64,000 bases of DNA from Macrostomum lignano (Eukaryota): contig NIVC01000667.1 in the NCBI GenBank assembly GCA_002269645.1, positions 372,001 to 436,000 of the forward strand. The letters are read 5' to 3'. A program made the translations under genes and the position numbers. The notes beneath the pieces are model-generated. The model was not told the DNA's origin. It was given only the letters and a program-made list of their open reading frames with translations, and did no database searches. Shown one piece after another: positions 10,926 to 24,615 of the stretch (position 1 is the first letter of the stretch; every line of letters starts with the position of its first letter).

Positions 10926-10946
10926 TACGAGGGGTGTCCAAAAAGT
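10926..10946 (+). mobile_element. Possible mariner-like TIR remnant
   Basis: TA-CGAGGGGTGTCCAAAAAGT resembles mariner TIR starts; no matching opposite end seen. Confidence 0.25.
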
Positions 10947-11428
10947 CAAATTTAACATTCAACAGCCAGCAAGAATAGCAGCAAAAATTATTTCATAGCG
11001 GCTTTACTTACAAATCAAAGAGTCAAAGAATTTTGAAAATATCACCAACTCTTCAAAAGTTATGCCTCCTTAACCTCAGTGGGGTACTGCATCTCAATAC
11101 ATAAACAGGAAAACCACCTGCACTAAGCAATCTCTCATTGACTTGGGATGTGTTTCGTTTAGTTTGTGGCTACAACCTCTGTGTTGCTAGTAGAGTGTTT
11201 TGATGGCTAAAACATTTATCGTCCTTGTTGAGTAGGCCTGTCACCAAATTTTTATAATCATTCTTGTATTGAGTGGGAGAGAGTCGTGCAGAGATGTCGT
11301 AGTCGAGGAATCCTAGCCTAAGTCATGACATTAAATCAATACTCTATTCTATAACAATCCCAATTATTTGGAATTAAATTATCGCTTGTTCACAGTCAAC
11401 TGAGTAAAAGTCACATCAAGCAATGCTG

Positions 11429-14400
11429 CTAATCCCAACCGAGTCTTTTCCAGCTGTTACGCCCACCCAACACCCGATTAACCAAAACTCGCATCTCCAC
11501 CCGGTCCTTTCCGACTCGCTCCGCTGCCAGACGGATTCGTTCGATCTGCCGTCGCACGGCGTCTTGAACTCCAACAGCCGAGTGGCTTCGGAAGAACCGT
11601 CGGACACGCCGGATACCCGACGTTGAACGAAACGCCAGTCCGTTTATCAGGCGTTTCAACATGTAGGGACCTTCGAAGCGACGCGCATCGCAGTCCAGTG
11701 TCGAGTGAGGAGACGCCAAACCGATCTGGAGCTCAGACCGTCGACCAGACAAAGCACCTCTGAAGCTTGCAGCTCCGGGCCTAGCGCCAGAGAGATCAGC
11801 CGTTTCTCCACTTCGGGCCGCTTCTTGTCCTCAAAGGCACCCAGACAGCCGATGATTTCCTCCCGTCGGGCTATCGACTGTGTGCGATTCAATACCGACA
11901 AGAGATGCCAGAAATGTGACACGCCGATGCCGCCGCTGCTGCCACCAGCTGCGATTCGGCACACAACGCTCCACAAGTCTGGCGAAATAGTGTCTGGTCT
12001 GGTGCCATTTAGCCACCGAGGAAACGCTTTCACTGCCCAGTTTTCGACGTTTCTATCGCCTGCGTAATCCAAACAAGTTGCTCGAACTCTCTCGAACCCG
12101 CTACTGTTCCGGGCTCTCAATCGAGTCAAGCACAAATCGTGAACATAGCGCTGCCAGTTATTAAAAGCCTTTGTATCACTCATTGGCACCGCACCACCCA
12201 TCTCGTACAGATGATTCAGCATGTTTGTCCACACCTGTAGGCTGGAGTCGTGACGCAACACATGTACAGCATGCAGTGGGTCCTCCGCCCAGACTCGGTC
12301 CGCTGCATGCATCGCGAACACATCATCCAGCAGCAATAAACGACCCGATGGTCTTATGCCGCCTCTGACTGCTTCTCTCAGCAGCTCGGTCATCAGACTG
12401 CGCGGGTAAGAGGTTCGATAGAAACCAGTAGCATTGGGATTAAGCATGGCCCAACCGCAGTTAGGCAGTTGAATAGTCATTCTCGATCTGGTCATGACCC
12501 ATCTGATAACGTCGCCGTCCTGCGTTGCTATCACGATTGGGATGCGCCAAAGCCACCGGTCGTGAAGGCGATCGGCTCCTGGCAGACGGTAGCGGCTCTG
12601 TCTGAGTCTTAAAGTGCAACCAGATTTGTCAGTCTCGATGGAAGCGAAAATCACCGGGAAGCTTTTCCGCGTTGTCCAGTCGTGCATCACCTCCGCTATC
12701 GACGGTTCTCCAGCGGGTCTGTCATTGAGCGTCTCCTGTAGCGCCTTCCATAGGTCGCTGGTGGCAGCGTTGCCGAATCGATGCCGGCGGATGTAGTTGC
12801 GCAGACCAGCGAAGAAGTTCTCGCGTCCCAGCCAGTCGTGCAGCATGCCAACGAGGGCCGCGCCTTTGCCGTAGCTGATCGAGTCAAACACTTCCGCCGT
12901 GTCCTCCGGTCGATGAACGTCGGCCTCGACCGGGTGCGAAGCTTCCAGAGCGTCGTCGCTCATGGCGCTCAGCAGCTCGGTGCTTACAAACCAGCTCCGC
13001 GAGTCGATCAAGCCAGGCCGAATTGCGTCTAATTCGTTGTATGACAACCAAGTGGCGAATCCCTCGTTTAGCCAAAGGTCGGACCACCAGGCGGGCGAAA
13101 CTAGATTGCCGAACCACTGGTGAGCCAGCTCGTGAATCACGGTCGTAGCAACGAATGCGCGAAGTGCCTCTGGTGTGTCTTTCGATGCAAGCAAGCTGGG
13201 CTCATGGAAGAGCACCAGGCCCCAGTTCTCCATGGCCACGCTAGGAAAGTCTGGCAAGGACACGAGGTCAATCTTAGACAGGGGATAATTCGTGCCAAAC
13301 AGTTTACCAAAATGTGTCAAGGTTTTGTTGGCGATGCCCAACGAAAACGAGCCTTCATGGCGGCGTCCTGGAGGCGTGTAGACTCTGATGTCTATACCAT
13401 TTTCGTCGACGGTTTTCAACGGTTGGTCGAACCGACCTATGACGAATGCCAGCAGGTAGGTTGACATTGGCGGTGTACGAGCGAATCGGACTTCGACCCG
13501 TGCGGCGCTTTGATTTTTGGAAGACGACGAGTGTGTTATTAGCTTCCGTGACACCTCAGGCGAGTTGGACAGCGCGAGTAGGTCAGCCGGGACTGTCAGG
13601 GTCAGATCGAAGGTGGCCTTCATTGCCGGCTCGTCCCAGCACGGAAACGCTTTCCGAGCGTCTGTGGGCTGGAAATAGGTGGCAATTATTATCGAGTCCA
13701 AGTGTGGCGGGCTACCAGGCGGTGAAGATACTCGAAACACGCCAGATAGACGGGTGTTGATGCGAGCTGTGAACGATGCGTAGAGCTCCCAGATGCCCGG
13801 AGGGACTGGGTCAGCAAAATTCAGACTGATCATTTGTGCGTCCCGATCGTACGTCACGTTCAGAGGCGAACCTGAAAGGGTAGAAGTGGTTGAGTGAGTA
13901 GAAAAGCAATTAACTTGTATTTTTCATGCTCAATAATAAACAGACAGCAGTTTAAATGAACTTGAAGCACAGCTTCAAGCTGGTTTCTTTTAGCACAAAT
14001 CTCGGACTTCTTCTAATCTCAACACAAGGTTGATACACTATATTGAATCAATACAACTTCACCTAATAACAATCAGGGTGTTTCCAAAGTGTGCAAGCTT
14101 ATCTTTAAAAACTGTACGACTAGCATAACTTCTTTATTGCTAGATAGCTCAAACAGGATGCCAATATTTTATCCTTTTAGGATGCATTTTTGCTTTAAAC
14201 ATATTTTTATTTAGGAAACTAGCAATTGCAACTTCACAAGGCCTTGTACATGAATTGCTTAGTTGTTCAATTTATTTCTTTTTGCTTTTCCTAACTAGAG
14301 GCGAAGATTGCTAGTGACTGGAGAGGAGACAATCAATTAAGGTCTCCGCGGTCAATTTGCCCATCATCAGCTCTAAAACTATCCAGTAGCAATTAAAATC

Positions 14401-15379
14401 TGCACTTCACGCAGCCACATGAAGCATTTCTCCCAACAGCAACAGCATAGGAATCCTACTCACGTCCGCTCAGACTGGGAGCGCCTGTCAGAAGCACCGC
14501 GTTGCCGTTGAGAACTATTGAAGTGACTGCCTCGGATATCTGAAATTTTATAATGAGCTTCGTTGTTAGTATTTATCTCTCCTTTATTTACACCCATCCC
14601 CTCTCATCTCTCCTTCTCCCAACTTTTCATACTCAGAAAGCTTCAAAACGTCACTCACTGCAATTTTTGCAATCATTTTTCCAGCCAGGATGTTTGACGC
14701 TAAGTTGGGCTCAAAGAACAGCTGATAGTTTAACGGTTTCACATGGGATGGCAGTCTGCGAGCGATGCAGTCACAAAGTATTATTATGGTTTGTTATAAT
14801 TAGCTGGTGGGAAATTGGTGCTTTTCGAACTTTGAAGTGATGATAAAAGGGACAATGAGAGTGGAAATTAGGAGTGACGATAAGAGTGACAATACGAGTA
14901 AGATCAGGAGTGATAAGAGATGCGAGTGAGATCAGGAGTGACATAAGAGTGACAATGCGAGTGAGATCAGGAGTGATAAGAGATGCGAGTGAGATCAGCT
15001 AGGAGTGATAAGAGATGCGAGTGAGATCAGCTAGGAGTGATAAGAGATGCGAGTGAGATCAGGAGTGATAAGAGATGCGAGTGAGATCAGGAGTGATAAG
15101 AGATGCGAGTGAGATCAGGAGTGCCAGTTACAGTAGAAAGCTTCACAATGAATTACTCGCAGACATTTTCAGCTGTGCCGAGTGAGCACTTGCCTGTACT
15201 TTCGCGTCGAACTTGCTGCAGATGTCACCTGAAATCGATCAATACAGTCAGGTGAATTCCCCGTTCAGAAGCGGACAGCTAATTATGATGCTTACCTGAA
15301 TGCTGAAAGCAGCTGACAGCAAAGCCAAGGCAGCAGCAAAAGTGACCAGGCAGGAAGCCGGAACACTGCAGGTGGACAT
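11429..15379 (-). CDS. M1-family zinc aminopeptidase, copy 2 (apparent -1 frameshift at ~11686, premature stop at 11656)
   Basis: Exons 15379-15296, 15228-15194, 14755-14659, 14539-14464, 13871-11429. Same motifs as copy 1. GCGCATCGC versus GCGCTATCGC in copy 3. Confidence 0.92.
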
Positions 15380-15723
15380 TGCTCTTGTGCCCCTTTGCTG
15401 TGAGAAAGTGGTAGTTGATTCTTTGACGACTCTGAGATTTTCCTGACTTCAGCTGGGCTTCGTTCAATGTCGGATCACTGTGGCTTTTCGCTTGTCGCTC
15501 TTATAGAGCTCTGTTTGTTCTTTTTAACTTTGCACCGACTTTGTTTGAACAGGCTGTAAAGCAATTGTAGTAGGCAAGAGCAGGCTTTCAGAAGAAGTTT
15601 TCACAGCCTCTATAATCCACTTAATTCTTATCAATATTATTTCAAAAGCAATCGGAAGAAAAGGTTTGCCTAATCTAATGGCATTTTCAATATGAAGAAC
15701 CAGTGCAAGCTACCAGTTTGTAC

Positions 15724-16113
15724 CATGGATGAATGAATAGAATGGATTGCTATTCTGGCTCTGGCTATTTTCGTTTTTGACTCTTTTGCATCCGGTTCCC
15801 CCCCGTGCCTTTTCATTGGTTGATGATTGCCATAGACAATTTTCGGCCTTCGCCCCTTTCTTTCGATGCACAAGCGCAAAGAACTGATTTTATTGTAGAC
15901 GAATCGACTCTCGAATCGTGCTTGTAGGTCTTCCCCCTTTATTTCAAAACACGAGCGAAAGCGCTTGTGCATCGAAAGAAAGGGGCGAAGGCCGAAAATT
16001 GTCTATGGCAATCATCAACCAATGAAAAGGCACGGGGGGAACCGGATGCAAAAGAGTCAAAAAAGAAAATAGCCAGAGCCAGAATAGCAATCCATTCTAT
16101 TCATTCATCCATG
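15724..16113. mobile_element. 390-bp foldback MITE with ~154-bp TIRs and 8-bp TSD (P-element-like ends)
   Basis: Arms 15724-15877 and 15961-16113 are near-perfect reverse complements; termini CATGGATGAATG...CATTCATCCATG; GTTTGTAC at 15716-15723 and 16114-16121; absent from unit 1. Confidence 0.88.
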
Positions 16114-19100
16114 GTTTGTACTAGCTACCAATGCAAGCTACCAGTTTGTACCAGCTACCAATGCAAGCTACCAGTTTGTACCAGCTACCAGTGCAAGCTA
16201 CCAGTTTGTACCAGCTACCAATGCAAGCTACCAGTTTGTACCAGCTACCAGTGCAAGCTACCAGTTTGTACCAGCTACCAATGCAAGCTACCAGTGCAAG
16301 ATACCAGTTTGTACCAGCTACCAGTGCAAGCTACCAGTTTGTACCAGCTACCAGTGCAAGCTACCAGTTTGTACCAGCTACCAGTGCAAGCTACCAGTTT
16401 GTACCAGCTACCAGTGAAAGCTACCAGTTTGTACCAGCTACCAGTGCAAGCTACCAGTTTGTACTAGCTACTAATGCAAGCTACCAGTTTGTACCAACTA
16501 CCAGTGCAAGCTACCAGTTTTTACCAGCTACCAGTGCAAGCTACCAGTTTGTACTAGCTACTAATGCAAGCTACCAGTTTGTACCAACTACCAGTGCAAG
16601 CTGCCAGTTTGTACCAGCTACCAGTGAAAGCTACCAGTTTGTACCAACTACCAGTGAAAGCTACCAGTTTGTACCAGCTACCAGTGCAAGCTACCAGTTT
16701 GTACTAGCTACTAATGCAAGCTACCAGTTTGTACCAGCTACCAATGCAAGCTACCAGTGCAAGATACCAGTTTGTACCAGCTACCAGTGCAAGCTACCAG
16801 TTTGTACCAGCTACCAGTGCAAGCTACCAGTTTGTACCAGCTACCAGTGCAAGCTACCAGTTTGTATCAGCTACCAGTGAAAGCTGCCAGTTGTACCAGC
16901 TACCAGTGAAAGCTACCAGTTTGTACCAGCTACCAGTGAAAGCTACAAGTTTTTACTAGCTACCAGTAAAAGCTACCAGTTGTACCAGCTACCAGTGAAA
17001 GCTACCATTTTGTACCAGCTACCAGTGAAAGCTACCAGTTTGTACCAGCTACCAGTGCAAGCTACCAGTTTGTACCAACTACCAGTGCAAGCTACCAGTT
17101 TTTACCAGCTACCAGTGCAAGCTACCAGTTTGTACTAGCTACTAATGCAAGCTACCAGTTTGTACCAACTACCAGTGCAAGCTGCCAGTTTGTACCAGCT
17201 ACCAGTGAAAGCTACCAGTTTGTACCAACTACCAGTGAAAGCTACCAGTTTGTACCAGCTACCAGTGCAAGCTACCAGTTTGTACTAGCTACTAATGCAA
17301 GCTACCAGTTTGTACCAGCTACCAATGCAAGCTACCAGTTAGTACCAGCTACCAGTGCAAGCTACTAGTTTGTACCAGCTACCAGTGCAAGCTACCAGTT
17401 TGTACCAGCTACCAGTGCAAGCTACCAGTTTGTACCAGCTACCAGTGCAAGCTACCAGTTGTACCAGCTACCAGTGAAAGTTACCAGTTTGTACCAGCTA
17501 CCAGTGCAAGCTACCAGTTTGTACCAGCTACCAGTGCAAGCTACCAGTTTGTACCAGCTACCAGTGCAAGCTACCAGTTTGTACCAGCTACCAGTGAAAG
17601 CTACCAGTTTGTACCAGCTACCAGTGCAAGCTACCAGTTTGTACTAGCTACTAATGCAAGCTACCAGTTTGTACCAACTACCAGTGCAAGCTACCAGTTT
17701 TTACCAGCTACCAGTGCAAGCTACCAGTTTGTACTAGCTACTAATGCAAGCTACCAGTTTGTACCAACTACCAGTGCAAGCTGCCAGTTTGTACCAGCTA
17801 CCAGTGAAAGCTACCAGTTTGTACCAACTACCAGTGAAAGCTACCAGTTTGTACCAGCTACCAGTGCAAGCTACCAGTTTGTACTAGCTACTAATGCAAG
17901 CTACCAGTTTGTACCAGCTACCAATGCAAGCTACCAGTTTGTACCAGCTACCAGTGAAAGCTACTAGTTTGTACCAGCTACCAGTGCAAGCTACCAGTTT
18001 GTACCAGCTACCAGTGCAAGCTACCAGTTGTACCAGCTACCAGTGAAAGTTACCAGTTTGTACCAGCTACCAGTGCAAGCTACCAGTTTGTACCAGCTAC
18101 CAGTGCAAGCTACCAGTTTGTACCAGCTACCAGTGCAAGCTACCAGTTTGTACTAGCTACTAATGCAAGCTACCAGTTTGTACCAACTACCAGTGCAAGC
18201 TACCAGTTTTTACCAGCTACCAGTGCAAGCTACCAGTTTGTACTAGCTACTAATGCAAGCTACCAGTTTGTACCAACTACCAGTGCAAGCTGCCAGTTTG
18301 TACCAGCTACCAGTGAAAGCTACCAGTTTGTACCAGCTACCAGTGCAAGCTACCAGTTTGTACCAGCTACCAGTGCAAGCTACCAGTTTGTACCAGCTAC
18401 CAATGCAAGCTACCAGTTTGTACCAGCTACCAGTGAAAGCTACCAGTTTGTACCAGCTACCAGTGCAAGCTACCAGTTTGTACCAGCTACCAGTGTAAGC
18501 TACCAGTTTGTACCAGCTACCAGTGAAAGCTACTAGTTTGTACCAGCTACCAGTGCAAGCTACCAGTTTGTACCAGCTACCAGTGTAAGCTACCAGTTGT
18601 ACCAGCTACCAGTGAAAGTTACCAGTTTGTACCAGCTACCAGTGCAAGCTACCAGTTTGTACCAGCTACCAGTGCAAGCTACCAGTTTGTACCAGCTACC
18701 AATGCAAGCTACCAGTTTGTACCAGCTACCAGTGAAAGCTACCAGTTTGTACCAGCTACCAGTGCAAGCTACCAGTTTGTACCAGCTACCAGTGTAAGCT
18801 ACCAGTTTGTACCAGCTACCAGTGAAAGCTACTAGTTTGTACCAGCTACCAGTGCAAGCTACCAGTTTGTACCAGCTACCAGTGTAAGCTACCAGTTGTA
18901 CCAGCTACCAGTGAAAGTTACCAGTTTGTACCAGCTACCAGTGCAAGCTACCAGTTTGTACTAGCTACTAATGCAAGCTACCAGTTAGTACCAGCTACCA
19001 GTGTAAGCTACCAGTTGTACCAGCTACCAGTGAAAGTTACCAGTTTGTACCAGCTACCAGTGCAAGCTACCAGTTTGTACCAGCTACCAGTGAAAGCTAC

Positions 19101-22100
19101 CAGTTTGTACTAGCTACCAATGTAAGCTACCAGTTTGTACCAGCTACCAGTGAAAGCTACCAGTTTGTACCAGCTACCAGTGAAAGTTACCAGTTTGTAC
19201 CAGCTACCAGTGCAAGCTACCAGTTTGTACCAGCTACCAGTGCAAGCTACCAGTTTGTACCAGCTACCAATGCAAGCTACCAGTTTGTACCAGCTACCAG
19301 TGAAAGCTACCAGTTTGTACCAGCTACCAGTGCAAGCTACCAGTTTGTACCAGCTACCAGTGCAAGCTACCAGTTTGTACCAGCTACCAGTGAAAGCTAC
19401 TAGTTTGTACCAGCTACCAGTGCAAGCTACCAGTTTGTACCAGCTACCAGTGTAAGCTACCAGTTGTACCAGCTACCAGTGAAAGTTACCAGTTTGTACC
19501 AGCTACCAGTGCAAGCTACCAGTTTGTACTAGCTACTAATGCAAGCTACCAGTTAGTACCAGCTACCAGTGTAAGCTACCAGTTGTACCAGCTACCAGTG
19601 AAAGTTACCAGTTTGTACCAGCTACCAGTGCAAGCTACCAGTTTGTACCAGCTACCAGTGCAAGCTACCAGTTTGTACTAGCTACTAATGCAAGCTACCA
19701 GTTAGTACCAGCTACCAGTGTAAGCTACCAGTTGTACCAGCTACCAGTGCAAGCTACCAGTTTGTACCAGCTACCAGTGCAAGCTACCAGTTTGTACCAG
19801 CTACCAGTGCAAGCTACCAGTTTGTACTAGCTACCAGTGCAAGCTACCTGTTTGTACCAGCTACCAGTGAAAGCTACCAGTTTGTACCAGCTACCAGTGC
19901 AAGCTACCAGTTTGTACTAGCTACCAATGCAAGCTACCAGTTTGTACCAGCTACCAGTGCAAGCTACCAGTTTGTACTAGCTACTAATGCAAGCTACCAG
20001 TTAGTACCAGCTACCAGTGTAAGCTACCAGTTGTACCAGCTACCAGTGCAAGCTACCAGTTTGTACCAGCTACCAGTGCAAGCTACCAGTTTGTACCAGC
20101 TACCAGTGCAAGCTACCAGTTTGTACCAGCTACCAGTGCAAGCTACCAGTTTGTACTAGCTACCAGTGCAAGCTACCAGTTTGTACCAGCTACTAGTGCA
20201 AGCTACCAGTTTGTACTAGCTACCAGTGCAAGCTACCAGTTTGTACCAGCTACCAGTGCAAGCTACCAGTTTGTACCAGCTACCAGTGCAAGCTACCAGT
20301 TTGTACTAGCTACCAGTGCAAGCTACCAGTTTGTACCAGCTACCAGTGCAAGCTACCAGTTTTTACTAGCTACCAGTGAAAGCTACCAGTTTGTACCAGC
20401 TACCAGTGCAAGCTACCAGTTTGTACTAGCTACCAATGCAAGCTACCAGTTTGTACCAGCTACCAGTGAAAGCTACCAGTTTGTACCAGCTACCAGTGAA
20501 AGCTACCAGTTTGTACTAGCTACTAATGCAAGCTACCAGTTTGTACCAGCTACCAGTGAAAGCTACCAGTTTGTACCAGCTACCAGTGAAAGCTACCAGT
20601 TTGTACCAGCTACCAGTGCAAGCTACCAGTTTGTACCAACTACCAGTGCAAGCTACCAGTTTGTACCAGCTACCAGTGAAAGCTACCAGTTTGTACCAAC
20701 TACCAGTGCAAGCTACCAGTTTGTACCAGCTACCAATGCAAGCTACCAGTTTGTACTAGCTACCAGTGCAAGCTACCAGTTTGTACTAGCTACTAATGCA
20801 AGCTACCAGTTAGTACCAGCTACCAGTGTAAGCTACCAGTTGTACCAGCTACCAGTGCAAGCTACCAGTTTGTACCAGCTACCAGTGCAAGCTACCAGTT
20901 TGTACCAGCTACCAGTGCAAGCTACCAGTTTGTACTAGCTACCAATGCAAGCTACCAGTTTGTACCAGCTACCAGTGAAAGCTACCAGTTTGTACCAGCT
21001 ACCAGTGAAAGCTACCAGTTTGTACTAGCTACTAATGCAAGCTACCAGTTTGTACCAGCTACCAGTTAAAGCTACCAGTTTGTACCAGCTACCAGTGAAA
21101 GCTACCAGTTTGTACCAGCTACCAGTGCAAGCTACCAGTTTGTACCAACTACCAGTGCAAGCTACCAGTTTGTACCAGCTACCAGTGAAAGCTACCAGTT
21201 TGTACCAACTACCAGTGCAAGCTACCAGTTTGTACCAGCTACCAGTGAAAGCTACCAGTTTGTACCAGCTACCAGTGAAAGCTACCAGTTTGTACCAGCT
21301 ACCAATGCAAGCTACCAGTTTGTACCAGCTACCAGTGAAAGCTACCAGTTTGTACCAGCTACCAGTGAAAGCTACCAGTTTGTAACAGCTACCAGTGCAA
21401 GCTACCAGTTTGTACCAACTACCAGTGCAAGCTACCAGTTTGTACTAGCTACCAATGCAAGCTACCAGTTTGTACCAGCTACCAGTGAAAGCTACCAGTT
21501 TGTACCAGCTACCAGTGAAAGCTACCAGTTTGTACCAGCTACCAGTGCAAGCTACCAGTTTGTACCAACTACCAGTGCAAGCTACCAGTTTGTACTAGCT
21601 ACCAATGCAAGCTACCAGTTAGTACCAGCTACCAGTGAAAGCTACTAGTTTGTACCAGCTACCAGTGAAAGCTACTAGTTGTACCAGCTACCAGTGAAAG
21701 TTACCAGTTTGTACCAGCTACCAGTGCAAGCTACCAGTTTGTACCAGCTACCAGTGCAAGCTACCAGTTTTTACTAGCTACCAGTGAAAGCTACCAGTTT
21801 GTACCAGCTACCAGTGCAAGCTACCAGTTTGTACTAGCTACCAATGCAAGCTACCAGTTTGTACCAGCTACCAGTGAAAGCTACCAGTTTGTACCAGCTA
21901 CCAGTGAAAGCTACCAGTTTGTACTAGCTACTAATTCAAGCTACCAGTTTGTACCAGCTACCAGTGAAAGCTACCAGTTTGTACCAGCTACCAGTGAAAG
22001 CTACCAGTTTGTACCAGCTACCAGTGCAAGCTACCAGTTTGTACCAACTACCAGTGAAAGCTACCAGTTTGTACTAGCTACCAATGCAAGCTACCAGTTA

Positions 22101-22375
22101 GTACCAGCTACCAGTGAAAGCTACTAGTTTGTACCAGCTACCAGTGCAAGCTACCAGTTTGTACTACGCTCGCAGCTACCAGCTACCAGTGCAAGCTACC
22201 AGTTTGTACTACGCTCGTAGCTACCAGCTACCAGTGCAAGCTACCAGTTTGTACTACGCTCGCAGCTACCAGCTACCAGTGCAAGCTACCAGTTTGTACT
22301 ACGCTCGTAGCTACCAGCTACCAGTGCAAGCTACCAGTTTGTACTACGCTCGTAGCTACCAGCTACCAGTGCAAG
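16114..22375. repeat. 30-bp satellite, array 2 (~6.2 kb, roughly 200 units), ending in five 45-bp variant units
   Basis: Same unit and same flanks as array 1; the 45-bp unit contains TACTACGCTCG(T/C)AG at 22140-22375. Confidence 0.97.
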
Positions 22376-22399
22376 AAGCAAAGCACCCATTGCATGCAA

Positions 22400-22840
22400 A
22401 ATTTCTAGCCTCAATGCAGAAATGAGCTTACAGTAATAAACAAAGACTACGAAAGCCGTTAGATGACTTCTCAGAAATTTCTCAGGCAGTTATAAACATG
22501 AAAGTTAAAAAAAAACCATTCATCAGCTTAGGCTGTACTTTTCAAGCATTGCTTGACTTCGAGGTTAATTGGACTAGTTTTTGTGCATGCAAAATGATGA
22601 GGAAAAAGCAAATAAGGTTATTGCTGTCCACAAATTTTGCGAGTGGACTTCAATCCCGGGCAGTCCTGAAGAAATAATTCGACAAAAATGTGTAGGTTTA
22701 TCTTTTCTCAGTAAAATCTTTATAACGGAGCCGTACGGTAACGTATAGATATCGATTCAGAGTTGCCAAAGCTACCAGACCCATGATTTTCAGGACTGAA
22801 GCGTAGCAGTTGCAGAAGAATGGTAGTGAAAATTGTTGAA
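22400..22840 (-). pseudogene. Possible decayed class A GPCR fragment, unit-2 copy
   Basis: QFSLPFFCNCYASVLKIMGLVALATLNRYLYVTVRLRYKDFTEKR in one frame (ORF 22698-22958); NRY at 22757-22749. Confidence 0.3.
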
Positions 22841-23689
22841 TTACCATTGATCCTGCATTTGGCCCCGGGGGCAGTTGGGTTGCGGGTTTTCTGCACCTCA
22901 CGCTCCGCAGGTGGCACCAAATGCTTTGGCAACCATTGCATTCTACCTGTTCATCCACCTGGATTTAGCCTTCTAGTCTTTTCAGTCTTTGTTTGTAGAT
23001 GCTCTCGAATAATATCAATATTCGCTGAGAAGAGAACAATTTTTCGAGAGTTGAAATTCATTAGGCAGAGTCATTATTATGTATATTAAACAGAACACAT
23101 AAATGTACGACCTACCTACGACGCTATGCAAAATGTAGAGTTGAAAATTTTAATGGCGAGCACAAACGAAGACTGTCAGTCCAAGAGAGTGTGGCTGCTT
23201 TAAATGAGCCCAATCGCCTTTTCCCCCGATACGATCCCTTCCCCGATCCTCCGCCGAACTTGGAGTCAGCGTGGCGGCAGCAGCAGGACTGAGTCCGCCT
23301 CCCAGCCGCTCTCCTCCAGAAAGAAACCACCTGCTTCAAAGAGGTGGCTGGAGATCACAGAGCAACTGACATACTCAGCTAGCTGCTCAAATGAACGATA
23401 ACCCCTATGTCTTTTAGCAAGTATTTCCATGTCTCGATTTGGCCCGTGCAATACAATTAAGCCCATGCACTCTCCCCCTCTCTTCGCCAAGCAACTACCA
23501 ATAAAAATTCCCAAGCCCAACTCTGCCTTGCCAAAAACAATTGTTTCGATTAGTTTTCGTACTATGGACTCCCGATGTGCTCTAGAATCTCAGCGGTCGG
23601 CAAAATCCGGCCCGCGAAGCCTCTCTATCCGGCCCCGGGTCCTTCGAAACTTAACAATAGCAACCCGGCCCGCTCTAGGTTCGTGTCTT

Positions 23690-23995
<306 letters not shown>

Positions 23996-24615
23996 CTATT
24001 AGATTCTCTCTCATTTCTTCTCTTATCGAAGCTCGTAGTACACAATGTGCATTTAATATCGGTTTGGAACGTGAATCATCTGTCCATTTTTATTCAAAAT
24101 TATTGGTACAAGGAGTGTCGCAAAATTCAACTCTAACCTTCACCGGCCAGAAAGAGTGACAGCAACAAATTTATTTGATAGCGGCTCTACTTACACATCA
24201 AAAAGTCAAATAATTTTGAAAATATCACCAACTTTTCAAATTTACGCCTCCTTAACTGCAGTAGGGTACTGCAGCTCAATACATGAACAGGAACACCACC
24301 TGCACTAAGCAATCTCTCATTGACTTGGGATGTGTTTCGTTTAGTTTGTGGCTACAACCTCTGTGTTGCTAGTAAAGTGTTTTGATGGCTAAAACATTTA
24401 TCGTCCTTCTTGAGTAGGCCTGTCACCAAAATTTTATAATTATTCTTGTATTGAGTGGGAGAGTAGTCGTGCAGAGTGTCGTAGTCGAGGAATCCTAGCC
24501 TAAGTCATGACATTAAATCATACTGGTATTCTATTCTACAACGATGCAATTTATTTGAAATTAAATTATCGCTTGTTCACAGTCAACTGAGTAAAAGTCA
24601 CATCAAGCAATGCTG

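Noticed and set aside
23124-23520. Short ORFs in the segment shared by units 1 and 2 (10070-10420)
   Set aside because: Frames are not preserved between the two copies and no motif is recognisable.
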